Virus record (IMG/VR): IMGVR_UViG_3300033144_008177 | Coordinates: 1-51,830 of that record | DNA length: 51,830 nucleotides | Strand: one strand, 5' to 3' | Origin: a virus | Shown here: piece by piece, positions 6,814 through 15,921 of the stretch | Layout of the letters: the number at the start of each line of letters is the position of its first letter | How positions within the stretch are numbered: the stretch's first letter is position 1 | Program-made: the position numbers and the translations under genes | Notes under the pieces: model-generated | What the model was told of the DNA's origin: nothing | The model's database searches: none | What the model saw: the letters and a program-made list of their open reading frames with translations, nothing else

Positions 6814-9327
6814 TTACTCGACACTATGCCCCATTCTGATTAATATTTCTTTCATATATCCTAAGAAATCAGGATCATATTCTCCTGTCCAAACATTAAA
6901 TTCTTTAGGAGCCTTTATTTTTGCTTCTTTATACTTATCATTAGGAATTCTATCTTCATTCACAAAATCAATATTATCCTGGTAATCAGCTCTATCTAAC
7001 TTAGTAAAAAACATCTGAATACTATTCTCTGTCAACTCACGATATCTAACTATATCTTCATTGTCAATCTTAGCTATCACTTCTGGATCAACTACAATTG
7101 ATTTATATGAACGAGGAATAATTTTATATAAATCAGCGACTGAGCCAAAACAAAGTTGTTCTTCTTCAAATTCTATCTCTGTAAAATACTCTAGATCTTT
7201 ATTACGTTCTACTATCTCTCTTCTAATAGATTCAGTACAATATCCGTACCCAATACGATCAACATCGAAAAGATCATTATGTACTTTAATAGAAGCATTA
7301 AATGCAGGATTATTAGTAGTGCCCATTGCTTCATGATCCATATTAAATACAAACACATCGCAACATTCAATGTATTCATTTCCACGATTCACTCGACCAC
7401 CAAGTTGCAATAAACTTAAATGACAATTATTTTCTCTAAAACCAGTTCTGAATGAAAAATTAACTCCAGTTTCAATACATGATGTAGATACTAAAACCCA
7501 GTCATCATCAGTTCTATCTTTAAGTCTATTTTTAATAACTTTATATTTTGTCTTTCTATTTTTCGGTGTAAGAGCGGTAGATATATGTTCTACTTTTTCT
7601 CTTCCATATTGTAACCTTATATAATTAGCAAAAATAGCTGCCGATAAAACAGTATTAAATACTACAACTCTTGGTCCAGGTCTACTCATTACTACTTCTG
7701 CTAATTGTTGAAAACTATTAAACTGTTCCTCTATTCTTGAATAACTAACCCTACCAACCTCTAACTCGTTCATAACATGATTAGACTCACAAGATAAAAC
7801 TTCTTTTACTTCAATTTCGCATGATTTTAGTTGCTCTATTTCCCAAAATTTTACAGAAGATCCAGACATAAGAATAACTTTACATCCACAGTTATCTACC
7901 AAATATTTCAACCACCTCAAAGTTTGACGTAACATTTTTATAGGAACAGCAATATGAAACTCATCAATAATAATAACTCTACCAGTAAGTTGATGAAGTT
8001 TTCTTATTTTAGATGGATAATTACTAGCCATAGTCTCAAAAAACTGGACAACCGATACAACTTCAAAAGGACAATTCCATAAAGTACTGTAATGCTTTAA
8101 CAACTTATAATTAATACCTTCCTTTTGAGACCTTTCCCAATGTCTAGCGTCTTGGTAATGTTCCCCTATAACTTCTCCACTTTTTTCTCCAGGCAACATT
8201 AAAAAATCTTTGCTCTCTCTTATATTTTGTGTTAAAATATCATTGTATGGAGCCATCTTCACAACTCCTCTTAAACCATGCTCTCTACATAGTCTTAAAG
8301 CTAAATAATCACCAGAATGATTTTTTCCATAACCTGGAAAAGCATAAATTCCATAAAAATTGTGACCCAAACTTACTTCTTCACAATCTTTGTGTATAAG
8401 GCTTCTTACTCTATTTTTTTCTCTTTCTTTTTCTGTCTCAGCCAAAGGAAAATTATCGTACATCATCATATGATGTGTTAATCTTTCGTCTGCTCTTAAT
8501 GGAAATGTTATTACATTAGGAGCAATCCCACCATAATGACGAGAGGTATCCCCATGATCGCCCTCTACTAAACACGATAACATAAATCTTAAAAGCATAG
8601 AATGATCAAGTATTGGAATGTATAATGATTCTATACTTTTTTTACTGTTTTCAAAACATTTATAATGTCTTTCTAATAATTCAGATAATGTTTCATCTAC
8701 ATACTCTTTTACTGTTTTGTTTTTATCATCTACAACATGCTTATAATATGGATATTTTTTTAACATTTTGACATCGCTTCTGAGAATATCAATATTAGCA
8801 ACAATACTACCCAATGATGGATATAATTTCGCATCTCGTTCTTCTCTGTTCTCATTTAAAATTTTATTCAATATCCCAATATGATGTGCATCAATCAATA
8901 CAGCTGCAATAAGATAATTAATCCGAAGAGCAAGACTAAGACCTGATTTTTTTATCTCACTATATTTTTGAAGAAGAAAAGCAGAACCAGCATCAACATG
9001 ATTAAGCATACTTATTTTACTACCATTCTCATTATGATGCCTCTTCTTTATAATTTCTTGAGATACTAAATCCAATTTACCAAGATCATGATATTCCGCT
9101 GCTATTTCTAATACTTCCCTCGCTGCAGATATAACGCTACTATCCAATGACATATATTTTACCATTTCATCAAAACATCGCAAAGCTCTGTCTCTCACTT
9201 CGCTAGCATGTGAATAATAAGACTGAGTAAAATTAATCCCATTCTCTGGATCGTCTGAATGAGCAACATAATCAAACAACGTGTCCTCCGAAGAGGACAC
9301 GCTGTTGTTATTAATATGTTCTGACAT
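6814..9327 (-). CDS. cas3: Cas3 HD nuclease-helicase
   Basis: YVAHS..SH, HDLGK, AHH and SCLVEGDHGDT (HD domain); PGYGKN, IIIDEFH, MSGS, STSCIETGVN and QLGGRVNR (SF2 motifs). TAATG overlap with cas7. Confidence 0.93.
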   Translation of the reverse strand: MSEHINNNSVSSSEDTLFDYVAHSDDPENGINFTQSYYSHASEVRDRALRCFDEMVKYMSLDSSVISAAREVLEIAAEYHDLGKLDLVSQEIIKKRHHNENGSKISMLNHVDAGSAFLLQKYSEIKKSGLSLALRINYLIAAVLIDAHHIGILNKILNENREERDAKLYPSLGSIVANIDILRSDVKMLKKYPYYKHVVDDKNKTVKEYVDETLSELLERHYKCFENSKKSIESLYIPILDHSMLLRFMLSCLVEGDHGDTSRHYGGIAPNVITFPLRADERLTHHMMMYDNFPLAETEKEREKNRVRSLIHKDCEEVSLGHNFYGIYAFPGYGKNHSGDYLALRLCREHGLRGVVKMAPYNDILTQNIRESKDFLMLPGEKSGEVIGEHYQDARHWERSQKEGINYKLLKHYSTLWNCPFEVVSVVQFFETMASNYPSKIRKLHQLTGRVIIIDEFHIAVPIKMLRQTLRWLKYLVDNCGCKVILMSGSSVKFWEIEQLKSCEIEVKEVLSCESNHVMNELEVGRVSYSRIEEQFNSFQQLAEVVMSRPGPRVVVFNTVLSAAIFANYIRLQYGREKVEHISTALTPKNRKTKYKVIKNRLKDRTDDDWVLVSTSCIETGVNFSFRTGFRENNCHLSLLQLGGRVNRGNEYIECCDVFVFNMDHEAMGTTNNPAFNASIKVHNDLFDVDRIGYGYCTESIRREIVERNKDLEYFTEIEFEEEQLCFGSVADLYKIIPRSYKSIVVDPEVIAKIDNEDIVRYRELTENSIQMFFTKLDRADYQDNIDFVNEDRIPNDKYKEAKIKAPKEFNVWTGEYDPDFLGYMKEILIRMGHSVE

Positions 9328-10250
9328 TATACTAATGCCTCCGAATAAGTATTGCTTAACATCTCTACCTTAATATCTGGAAAAGCTTTCTTAATATCAT
9401 CTAAAGATTTCAAGTTATAATCATCCATAGAGATTGATGGAAGTGTAAGATCCGTTGAAGGTTTACAAAACTCAAATAATGTTGACTCATTAAATGAACC
9501 AAGAGGATTATCATGTTCAGCATGTACAATCTGAACTACTCTCACTCCGGACCTTGATGCAGCCGTAGAATTACTGAATGAATGCTTGATTAATTCCTTG
9601 AAGACATCAATATCCTGTTCAGTTGTACCAGTATAATGAGCTTTCGAAGGATTAATAACATATACACCTATGTACAGCCCATGCCTTACAACCTTATATC
9701 CAAAAGGAGCTATTGTCCCTTGACCTTGAGCCATAAGCTTTGATTCAAGAGGATTCCCCTTTGTGATTGTCTGATTAATAACCTCAATCGGAAGTAAAGA
9801 TACAAGAGGAGAAACAGAAACACAACCTGTCCTCTTAAAGTTTAAAGAATCTTTGCCTTTTGTTTCAAGAGCAGTAGTACCAAATACCCTCATATCCCAA
9901 AAACGCTTCAAAAGAGATTCTTCTCCCTCTTCCTTAACCATCTTAGACCAATGTTCTTTAGCCTCTATTGGCGAATTAACATCGTATCCTTTACAAGCAG
10001 ATTCCCAGATATGGAAACTATCATCGTCAAGACCCAACTTGCCTTGCAAATATTCCCAGGTAACTCCCTCATGATCCTCCAACAATTCCCTTGTACGATG
10101 CTTAAAACAAACTGGTGTAATAAGACCACACTCATCATTGGTAAGACGAGGCATATCATCCTCATCGGGATTACCATTAGGATTAGACAAAACTACTTCA
10201 ACTGCTACGATACCAAATGCTCGTTTGGCTAATTTTTTACTTTTCTTCAT
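9327..10250 (-). CDS. cas7: Cas7 (Csd2/Cas7c-like)
   Basis: SNPNGNPDEDDMPR, ITPVCFKHRTR and FWDMRVFG match the I-C Cas7 signatures NPNGDP..PR, DVCLKRKIR and FDVRTFG. Confidence 0.93.
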   Translation of the reverse strand: MKKSKKLAKRAFGIVAVEVVLSNPNGNPDEDDMPRLTNDECGLITPVCFKHRTRELLEDHEGVTWEYLQGKLGLDDDSFHIWESACKGYDVNSPIEAKEHWSKMVKEEGEESLLKRFWDMRVFGTTALETKGKDSLNFKRTGCVSVSPLVSLLPIEVINQTITKGNPLESKLMAQGQGTIAPFGYKVVRHGLYIGVYVINPSKAHYTGTTEQDIDVFKELIKHSFSNSTAASRSGVRVVQIVHAEHDNPLGSFNESTLFEFCKPSTDLTLPSISMDDYNLKSLDDIKKAFPDIKVEMLSNTYSEALV

Positions 10251-10251
10251 T

Positions 10252-10629
10252 TTAAATCTCCATTAAATATTCTAAAATAATTATATTTTTAGAAGAAGTG
10301 CTAACACAGCAATCTTCTTCACTATCCACTCTTTCGAGAACGTCATTAAGAAGTTTTGTAAACAACATCATTCTACCATAAGCAATTCTCCAATCATTAC
10401 TTCGTTTTTTTCTTTTGGCATCACAAAAACGAGCAAATGGATCTGCTAATTTTTGTAAAAATAATATACCATCTTTGGGTCTATTTAATACCATAGATAA
10501 TGACTTTCCCCCAATTAATTCTTTAGGAATATCATTAAGTTTATTGTGTGACTCATAATAATACATTTGCATATTATCAGCCTTTTTTAATAACTGTCCA
10601 ATTTTTCCACAAAATTCTTTATCAAACAT
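10252..10629 (-). CDS. cas11: Stand-alone Cas11-like small subunit
   Basis: Own RBS (AAAGAGGT-tatt-ATG), 125 aa and helical. Aligns by eye to the Cas8c C-terminus: GQLL/GQML, IPKELIGGK/MPTELTGTK, VLNRP/ALSNP. Confidence 0.75.
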   Translation of the reverse strand: MFDKEFCGKIGQLLKKADNMQMYYYESHNKLNDIPKELIGGKSLSMVLNRPKDGILFLQKLADPFARFCDAKRKKRSNDWRIAYGRMMLFTKLLNDVLERVDSEEDCCVSTSSKNIIILEYLMEI

Positions 10630-10658
10630 AATAACCTCTTTCTATATTATAATAACTT

Positions 10659-12617
10659 TTACTTATTTTGAAAATATCCTAATGCAATTAACATCCTATC
10701 GGTATCACTCCAATAATCAGAAAACTCATTATCTAAAATAACTCTAGATGCTTGTGCAAATAAATAATAATGATAATGACTCTTAGATTTTCCAGAAAGA
10801 CGATATTCAGCCACTCTCTTCGCTTTTGCTTTTGCTAAATATATTCTAGCATTAGTAAGAGCCAAATTCATAGCTCTCTCAGGATTAGATAAGGCTAAAT
10901 AAATATGTTTTGTACCTGTAAGCTCAGTAGGCATATTTTTGTCATCTCTTCCTTCAGATTTTAAAACACTTCTCTGTACTTTGCTAATACATGCCAACAT
11001 TTGACCAACCATATAAGGAACATTTTTTTCATAATCTTCCTTATAAATACCAAGTTGATACAGAACTTCTCCAAATGCTACGGGTAAACCAAAGATATCT
11101 AAACGAGAACTCTTTAAATTATACAACTTCCTATTCATAATTCTATTTGTTATATCAATCAATAAATTTATTTGATATTTCCCGAAAACATGAGCAATTT
11201 TTTTAGTTTCATTCTTATCACCCATAAACATTCTCACTATATTTTCTGTATTGATAAAATCACGAACCAATTCTTTACCAGCATCACAAGATGCACTTCT
11301 ATTCCATCTTTTGTTGGTAATTCTACGCATACTTTCAATGCTTATCTTTGAATACAAATTTTTCTTAACACCTTTTTTAACATAGATGCCAGTATATTCA
11401 CCATCATCATAATTATCCCATCCCTCTATCCATCGTTTAGAAAAAGTTACCAAATCTTTAATATTGATCATATCTGATAAAACCAAGCTCGAAGGTCCAT
11501 TTGATGGCACTCTAAAAATTAGAATATGAACTTTTTCATTATTAGCATAAGCACTACTACCTCTAATATTAGATATGATGCCAGAAGATTTCTCCTTAAC
11601 CTTTTCATCAATTTCTTTGTTAACCCTTTCTTGAGTTCCACCAATCTCTAACAACTCCTGCAAATCAGATAAAATTGTTTCTTTTATAGGAGCAAAAACA
11701 ATTGTTGCTGTTCTAGTACCATCCTTATTAGAATGTGAATCCCAATATAACCCCTTATTCTTACCTTTAGTTAGATATTGCATCTTTCCAAAAATAAATG
11801 CTTTTGAAGCTGGAGAAATTGGACAGGCATCATTCCCAGCAACATTGTAACTTCTATAACACTTAGAAAATGGATTCCTACTATACGAGTAAAATTTAGT
11901 TCTGTCTAAACTTAACTGCGGAAGAGATGTAGATTCTGAAAAACTATTACCAAAAATATCCGTTTTATCTCCTGAGCCACTCTCAGATACTACATCTTCT
12001 TCTATTTGATTCAAAGCATCACTAATAATTGTTATAATTTCAGTACTATTCACAGGATGTATATTAAGATCACTGTATTCTGTAATCTCTAAAGTGATAT
12101 ACATTTCATTAAGAGCATCCTTCTTGGTAAATTTTTTACTATCTTCTGACTCATCTGGTAGAATCTCTAATGATTTCTCTATAATTTCTTTTAAGAATTT
12201 TTCATGATTTTCTACTTCATTAATTCTCTCTGAAAGCAAAAAAAGTGATTCAGTTTCACTATCTCTAGTTAACAATTCTTGCAACATTGTATCCATTCTA
12301 TTAAATTTGCCAATAAATTTTACAACATCCTTTTCTTTTATTGTACCATCATCACCTAAAATATTTTTTATTTTAATAATTGGGTACTGATTATGTGCAT
12401 CCTTGTAGATATATGAATAAGTATTCCAAACTTCTGGGGCAACGAGATTTACCGAACTAATATTTCCATCAGCACCAATACACACTTTAAACTTAGGAGT
12501 CTTTGGTGATCTTGGACTAGGCGATATCATAGAATGCATCTGAACCTCACCTATGCCTAATTCTTCCATTTTATCTGCAATTAATTTCATTTCATTTAAC
12601 ATAACATAATTCTCCAT
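10659..12617 (-). CDS. cas8c: Cas8c (Csd1-like) large subunit
   Basis: Position after cas5 and size 652 aa. The C-terminal domain YMVGQMLA...ALSNP...RMLIALGYFQ resembles the I-C YxxGRLFA...AxxxP...FxLGYYxQ. The start may instead be Met6 (GGAG RBS). Confidence 0.8.
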   Translation of the reverse strand: MENYVMLNEMKLIADKMEELGIGEVQMHSMISPSPRSPKTPKFKVCIGADGNISSVNLVAPEVWNTYSYIYKDAHNQYPIIKIKNILGDDGTIKEKDVVKFIGKFNRMDTMLQELLTRDSETESLFLLSERINEVENHEKFLKEIIEKSLEILPDESEDSKKFTKKDALNEMYITLEITEYSDLNIHPVNSTEIITIISDALNQIEEDVVSESGSGDKTDIFGNSFSESTSLPQLSLDRTKFYSYSRNPFSKCYRSYNVAGNDACPISPASKAFIFGKMQYLTKGKNKGLYWDSHSNKDGTRTATIVFAPIKETILSDLQELLEIGGTQERVNKEIDEKVKEKSSGIISNIRGSSAYANNEKVHILIFRVPSNGPSSLVLSDMINIKDLVTFSKRWIEGWDNYDDGEYTGIYVKKGVKKNLYSKISIESMRRITNKRWNRSASCDAGKELVRDFINTENIVRMFMGDKNETKKIAHVFGKYQINLLIDITNRIMNRKLYNLKSSRLDIFGLPVAFGEVLYQLGIYKEDYEKNVPYMVGQMLACISKVQRSVLKSEGRDDKNMPTELTGTKHIYLALSNPERAMNLALTNARIYLAKAKAKRVAEYRLSGKSKSHYHYYLFAQASRVILDNEFSDYWSDTDRMLIALGYFQNK

Positions 12618-13257
12618 TTTCGATTTTCACATTTTGAACTGATGAGGGATTGTACTCACCTCTGTTAAGAGAATCAAAACAACATAGTGTCATTGAGGCT
12701 ATAATAAAATTAATATGCTCTTGAACTTTTGTATCTTCTCTGAATATGCCGACATAAGAAGCTAAAAATTCAGACAAACCTAAACATGGTGTTCTATAAT
12801 TTCTACTATTTTTTAGACGACGATTGAATTGTGCCTGATATGCATGGGCATGATTAATACCTTTATATCTTTTAGGGGTTGAAACAATCTCATCCGCCTT
12901 TATTACTTTTGCAAAAAGCCTATAACAAGGATTTACAAGAATTGTACTTTTTATTTGACAAGTATTATTTTTCTTAATTAATTCTGATTTACGAAGTTCC
13001 CCTCTATAATTAAATGCATAAGACTGATATCTTATTGGATTACAAATTTGAACTTTTACAGGAACAACAATAGCATTAGGCATATATAATATAGATTCAA
13101 ATATACCTTTTGCTGCTGAAAAAGTTGGGAAAGGATAACTCGTCTTCTCGCTCCCAGTATCAGGTCTAGCAAACATTGCAAATGGACCTGATATTTCCAT
13201 CGAAATAGAATAATGAACCCTACTACCTAATAACTTAATAATTTCTTCTGACTTCAT
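12592..13257 (-). CDS. cas5: Cas5 (Cas5d/Cas5c-like, likely pre-crRNA processing nuclease)
   Basis: ISGPFAMFARPD..EKTSYPFPTFSAAKGIFESI and PCLGLSEF match the I-C Cas5 signatures. RBS GGAGG. Confidence 0.93.
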   Translation of the reverse strand: MKSEEIIKLLGSRVHYSISMEISGPFAMFARPDTGSEKTSYPFPTFSAAKGIFESILYMPNAIVVPVKVQICNPIRYQSYAFNYRGELRKSELIKKNNTCQIKSTILVNPCYRLFAKVIKADEIVSTPKRYKGINHAHAYQAQFNRRLKNSRNYRTPCLGLSEFLASYVGIFREDTKVQEHINFIIASMTLCCFDSLNRGEYNPSSVQNVKIENGELCYVK

Positions 13258-13321
13258 TTTATGCCTCCAATAAATAAAATTTTAATATCTCTGTAGTATT
13301 TTGCAGTTCACTATAGAAGAT

Positions 13322-13350
13322 ATTATATCATATCCCACAACAAAAGTCAA
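13322..13350 (-). promoter_or_regulatory. cas operon promoter TTGACT-N17-TATAAT with extended -10
   Basis: Near-consensus SigA promoter about 65 nt upstream of the cas5 ATG. Confidence 0.8.
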
Positions 13351-13430
13351 AACCTTTTTTAAATATTATTTTTTTTGATAAATAAAAATGCTACCTATAC
13401 CCAGTTAGAAATTTTTTTCTCCCATTAAAT

Positions 13431-13481
13431 AAAAAAAGCGGGTCGTTAAACCCGCTTCTTAGCCTATTAACCCGCTTTTTT
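13431..13481 (-). terminator. Intrinsic terminator after the methyltransferase, possibly bidirectional
   Basis: AAAAAAAGCGGG pairs with either of two CCCGCTT arms (13451, 13471). A and T runs lie on both flanks. Confidence 0.7.
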
Positions 13482-13529
13482 GCTATTTTACAACATCTGT
13501 GACATAATAATTAATATGATTCAATAAAA

Positions 13530-14723
13530 TCATTTCTTCTTCCACACAAATATTGGTTCAGTATGAAACATCTTATCACCCTTACGATTAAATTCATTAT
13601 TACTTAATCTCATATGATATGTAGTTTCTAACTCCCAATCCTTTTCACAATACTTACACAAATCATCTGCTATCTTTTTCTTCTGTAAATTCTTTACATT
13701 CAATACTAATTTTCCATCATCTTTTAAAATTCTTTTACTCTCATCAACTATAACATATAAAAAATTCCTCAACCAATTCTCATACTCTTTGTGCTTACTA
13801 GAACTTTGAGAAATATTATCTGAATATATTTCCTGAGAATGATACGGAGGACTCGTAAACACTAAATCATACCTCTCTTTTATATTAGGCATAACCTCCT
13901 CAGCACACTCCTGATCGAATCTAAAGCGATAATTATAAACTCGACCCATAAACACATCATATTGTTTTGAAAAAAATGAAGCTATCCTGGAGTTCCCTAC
14001 AGCCGTTTCTCCAACAGGATCTATTCCATGATAAAATATATTCTTATTAGATGCGATACAACCAACTAATCTACCACCATATCCAGCACAAGGATCTAAA
14101 ACCTTACCATTCTCTGGACAATATCTATCATAAATAAATTTAGCTATCGTGGGTTTGTAATTAACTACACCTTTAGTTCCATTCCTCGTTTTTAAAATTC
14201 TTCTCATCCCCGCATGATTAGGAACTTTTTCCAACTCTAACCACCTATTTATACAATCTTTCAACTTTTCATCATCATTAAAAGTCTCAAAAGGAGAATT
14301 TGTTCCAATACTATAATATGCTTCCATCATATGAGGATGAAAATGATTCGCCAAATCTATTCCTTGAGGATTCATCTGTAAATGATTGTCTTCTAATAAT
14401 ACATTTTTACTATTTATTACTCTCTTCAATCTATTTTCTTTTTGAATATCATTTAATTTATTATGAGGAAATCCATTCTCCCTATAATAATGAAATAAAA
14501 GTTCCACAACTTCATCTTTTATTTCTTTATCCCCCTCTTTGTACATTCTCAGTAATTCCTTAAAATGAGAAGTACTTTCAAGATTTTCCCAATGAGAAAA
14601 AACACAATGACGAATATAATTACTTTTGCTCTTACCAAATAACTTCGATTTAATTCGAATTGAATTATGATCAGAAGATGTTACCCGCAAAATAATGTTA
14701 TCTGTTTTTTTTATTTTTGGCAT
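13530..14723 (-). CDS. DNA amino-methyltransferase (m4C/m6A) with N-terminal ribbon-helix-helix domain
   Basis: Motif I VLDPCAGYGGR and motif IV FTSPPY. The N-terminal IILRVTSSDHNSIRIKSKLFGKSKSNYIRHCV has an RHH pattern. Confidence 0.85.
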   Translation of the reverse strand: MPKIKKTDNIILRVTSSDHNSIRIKSKLFGKSKSNYIRHCVFSHWENLESTSHFKELLRMYKEGDKEIKDEVVELLFHYYRENGFPHNKLNDIQKENRLKRVINSKNVLLEDNHLQMNPQGIDLANHFHPHMMEAYYSIGTNSPFETFNDDEKLKDCINRWLELEKVPNHAGMRRILKTRNGTKGVVNYKPTIAKFIYDRYCPENGKVLDPCAGYGGRLVGCIASNKNIFYHGIDPVGETAVGNSRIASFFSKQYDVFMGRVYNYRFRFDQECAEEVMPNIKERYDLVFTSPPYHSQEIYSDNISQSSSKHKEYENWLRNFLYVIVDESKRILKDDGKLVLNVKNLQKKKIADDLCKYCEKDWELETTYHMRLSNNEFNRKGDKMFHTEPIFVWKKK

Positions 14724-14753
14724 CTAAATATTCCTTATATTAAACGTATATAT

Positions 14754-14782
14754 ATTTTATAATATTTATTTTCACTTTTCAA
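14754..14782 (-). promoter_or_regulatory. SigA-type promoter TTGAAA-N17-TAAAAT (methyltransferase)
   Basis: 17-nt spacer. 30/34 nt identical to 15888-15921. Confidence 0.65.
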
Positions 14783-15789
14783 GAAAGTTTTCCAGATTCT
14801 ACCATTTTTTTAATCTTAACAATATGGTTTGGTAAAAATCTAGGTCTACCCTTCTCACTCAATCTAAAACAAGGTATTTTGCCTATTTTAACCATATATG
14901 CTAATTTTTGATAATTTATATCTAATTCTTCTGCGACTTCTTTCATCCTCTTGCTCTCAAATCTCCAAAATGGTATTTTATCAAATTTATAATTATAACA
15001 TTTGATAGGACTTTTTTCCCCAATAAGATTATAGAAGGCAGGAATACCCCTTGAATTAATTCTAATACGATTCTCATTATTCCTATAGCATTTGATACCA
15101 ATTTGTTGTAATTTATCTACTAACATCTCAACCTTAACCTTTGAAAACCCGTCTGTAGATAATCGAGTAGCAATCGTATTATTTTTTACGACCACAGATC
15201 CATCACCAAGATACCACATAAGAACAGAATTTTTAGTTATTCTTACATCTTCTGGAGGCTGTTTAATTCTTTGCCCATTTTTATTTTCTGGATACCATCT
15301 TAAATATTGTTTATAAATATCTGGATGATTACTAGTACTACCGCTAAACATAAATCCTTGCTTCATACTTTTTGCCTTATGTTTTTTTACACTTGAACTC
15401 AATTTCTTAAAAGGTTCCATTAAATAACTACAAAATTCTTCATATTCTACACCACAACGGAATCTGGCTATAAGATTATTTATACTTCTTTTATCAAAAT
15501 TTATTCCCCCATCTCCTAATAAGAAACCATCAATAAATTCTATCATATCATCTTGTATATAATTTACTTTATAATCTAAAGAACATGGAAATAAATTTCT
15601 TCTTGCTTCTGAACGATCTCTTCCAATTCCTAATCTTTCAGCATACTTATGCAAAGTCCCATTATGAATATTGTATCCTTGCTCTAATAACATTTTTCTT
15701 ATTTTAGGATAAGACATTTTTTGGTTAATATAATATTCTTCAAAAAATTCTTTTGTTAACAGATTAGTGTAATGTGGCTCTTCTCTCAT
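14779..15789 (-). mobile_element. Free-standing double-motif LAGLIDADG homing endonuclease with HTH-like ends
   Basis: FIDGFLLGDGGI and LMWYLGDGSV motifs. C-terminal MKEVAEELDINYQKLAYMVKIGKIPCFR is an excisionase/MerR-type HTH. RBS AGGAG. Confidence 0.85.
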
Positions 15790-15825
15790 ATTAAAATCTC
15801 CTGAACAAATATAAGCTCTATTATA

Positions 15826-15853
15826 ATATTCCTTCTACATGACCTAAACTCCT
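15826..15853 (-). promoter_or_regulatory. Late-type promoter AGGAGT-N16-GAATAT
   Basis: Recurrent motif, upstream of the endonuclease. Confidence 0.5.
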
Positions 15854-15892
15854 TTTTTATTTTTTCACATTTAATAAAAAAATAATATATAC

Positions 15893-15921
15893 ATTTTATA
15901 ATATTATCTTTCACTTTTCAA
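15893..15921 (-). promoter_or_regulatory. SigA-type promoter TTGAAA-N17-TAAAAT (endonuclease)
   Basis: Duplicate of 14754-14782. Confidence 0.65.

Noticed and set aside
15842-15850. 9-nt match of the terminal spacer to the endonuclease late promoter
   Set aside because: Short, and outside the seed.
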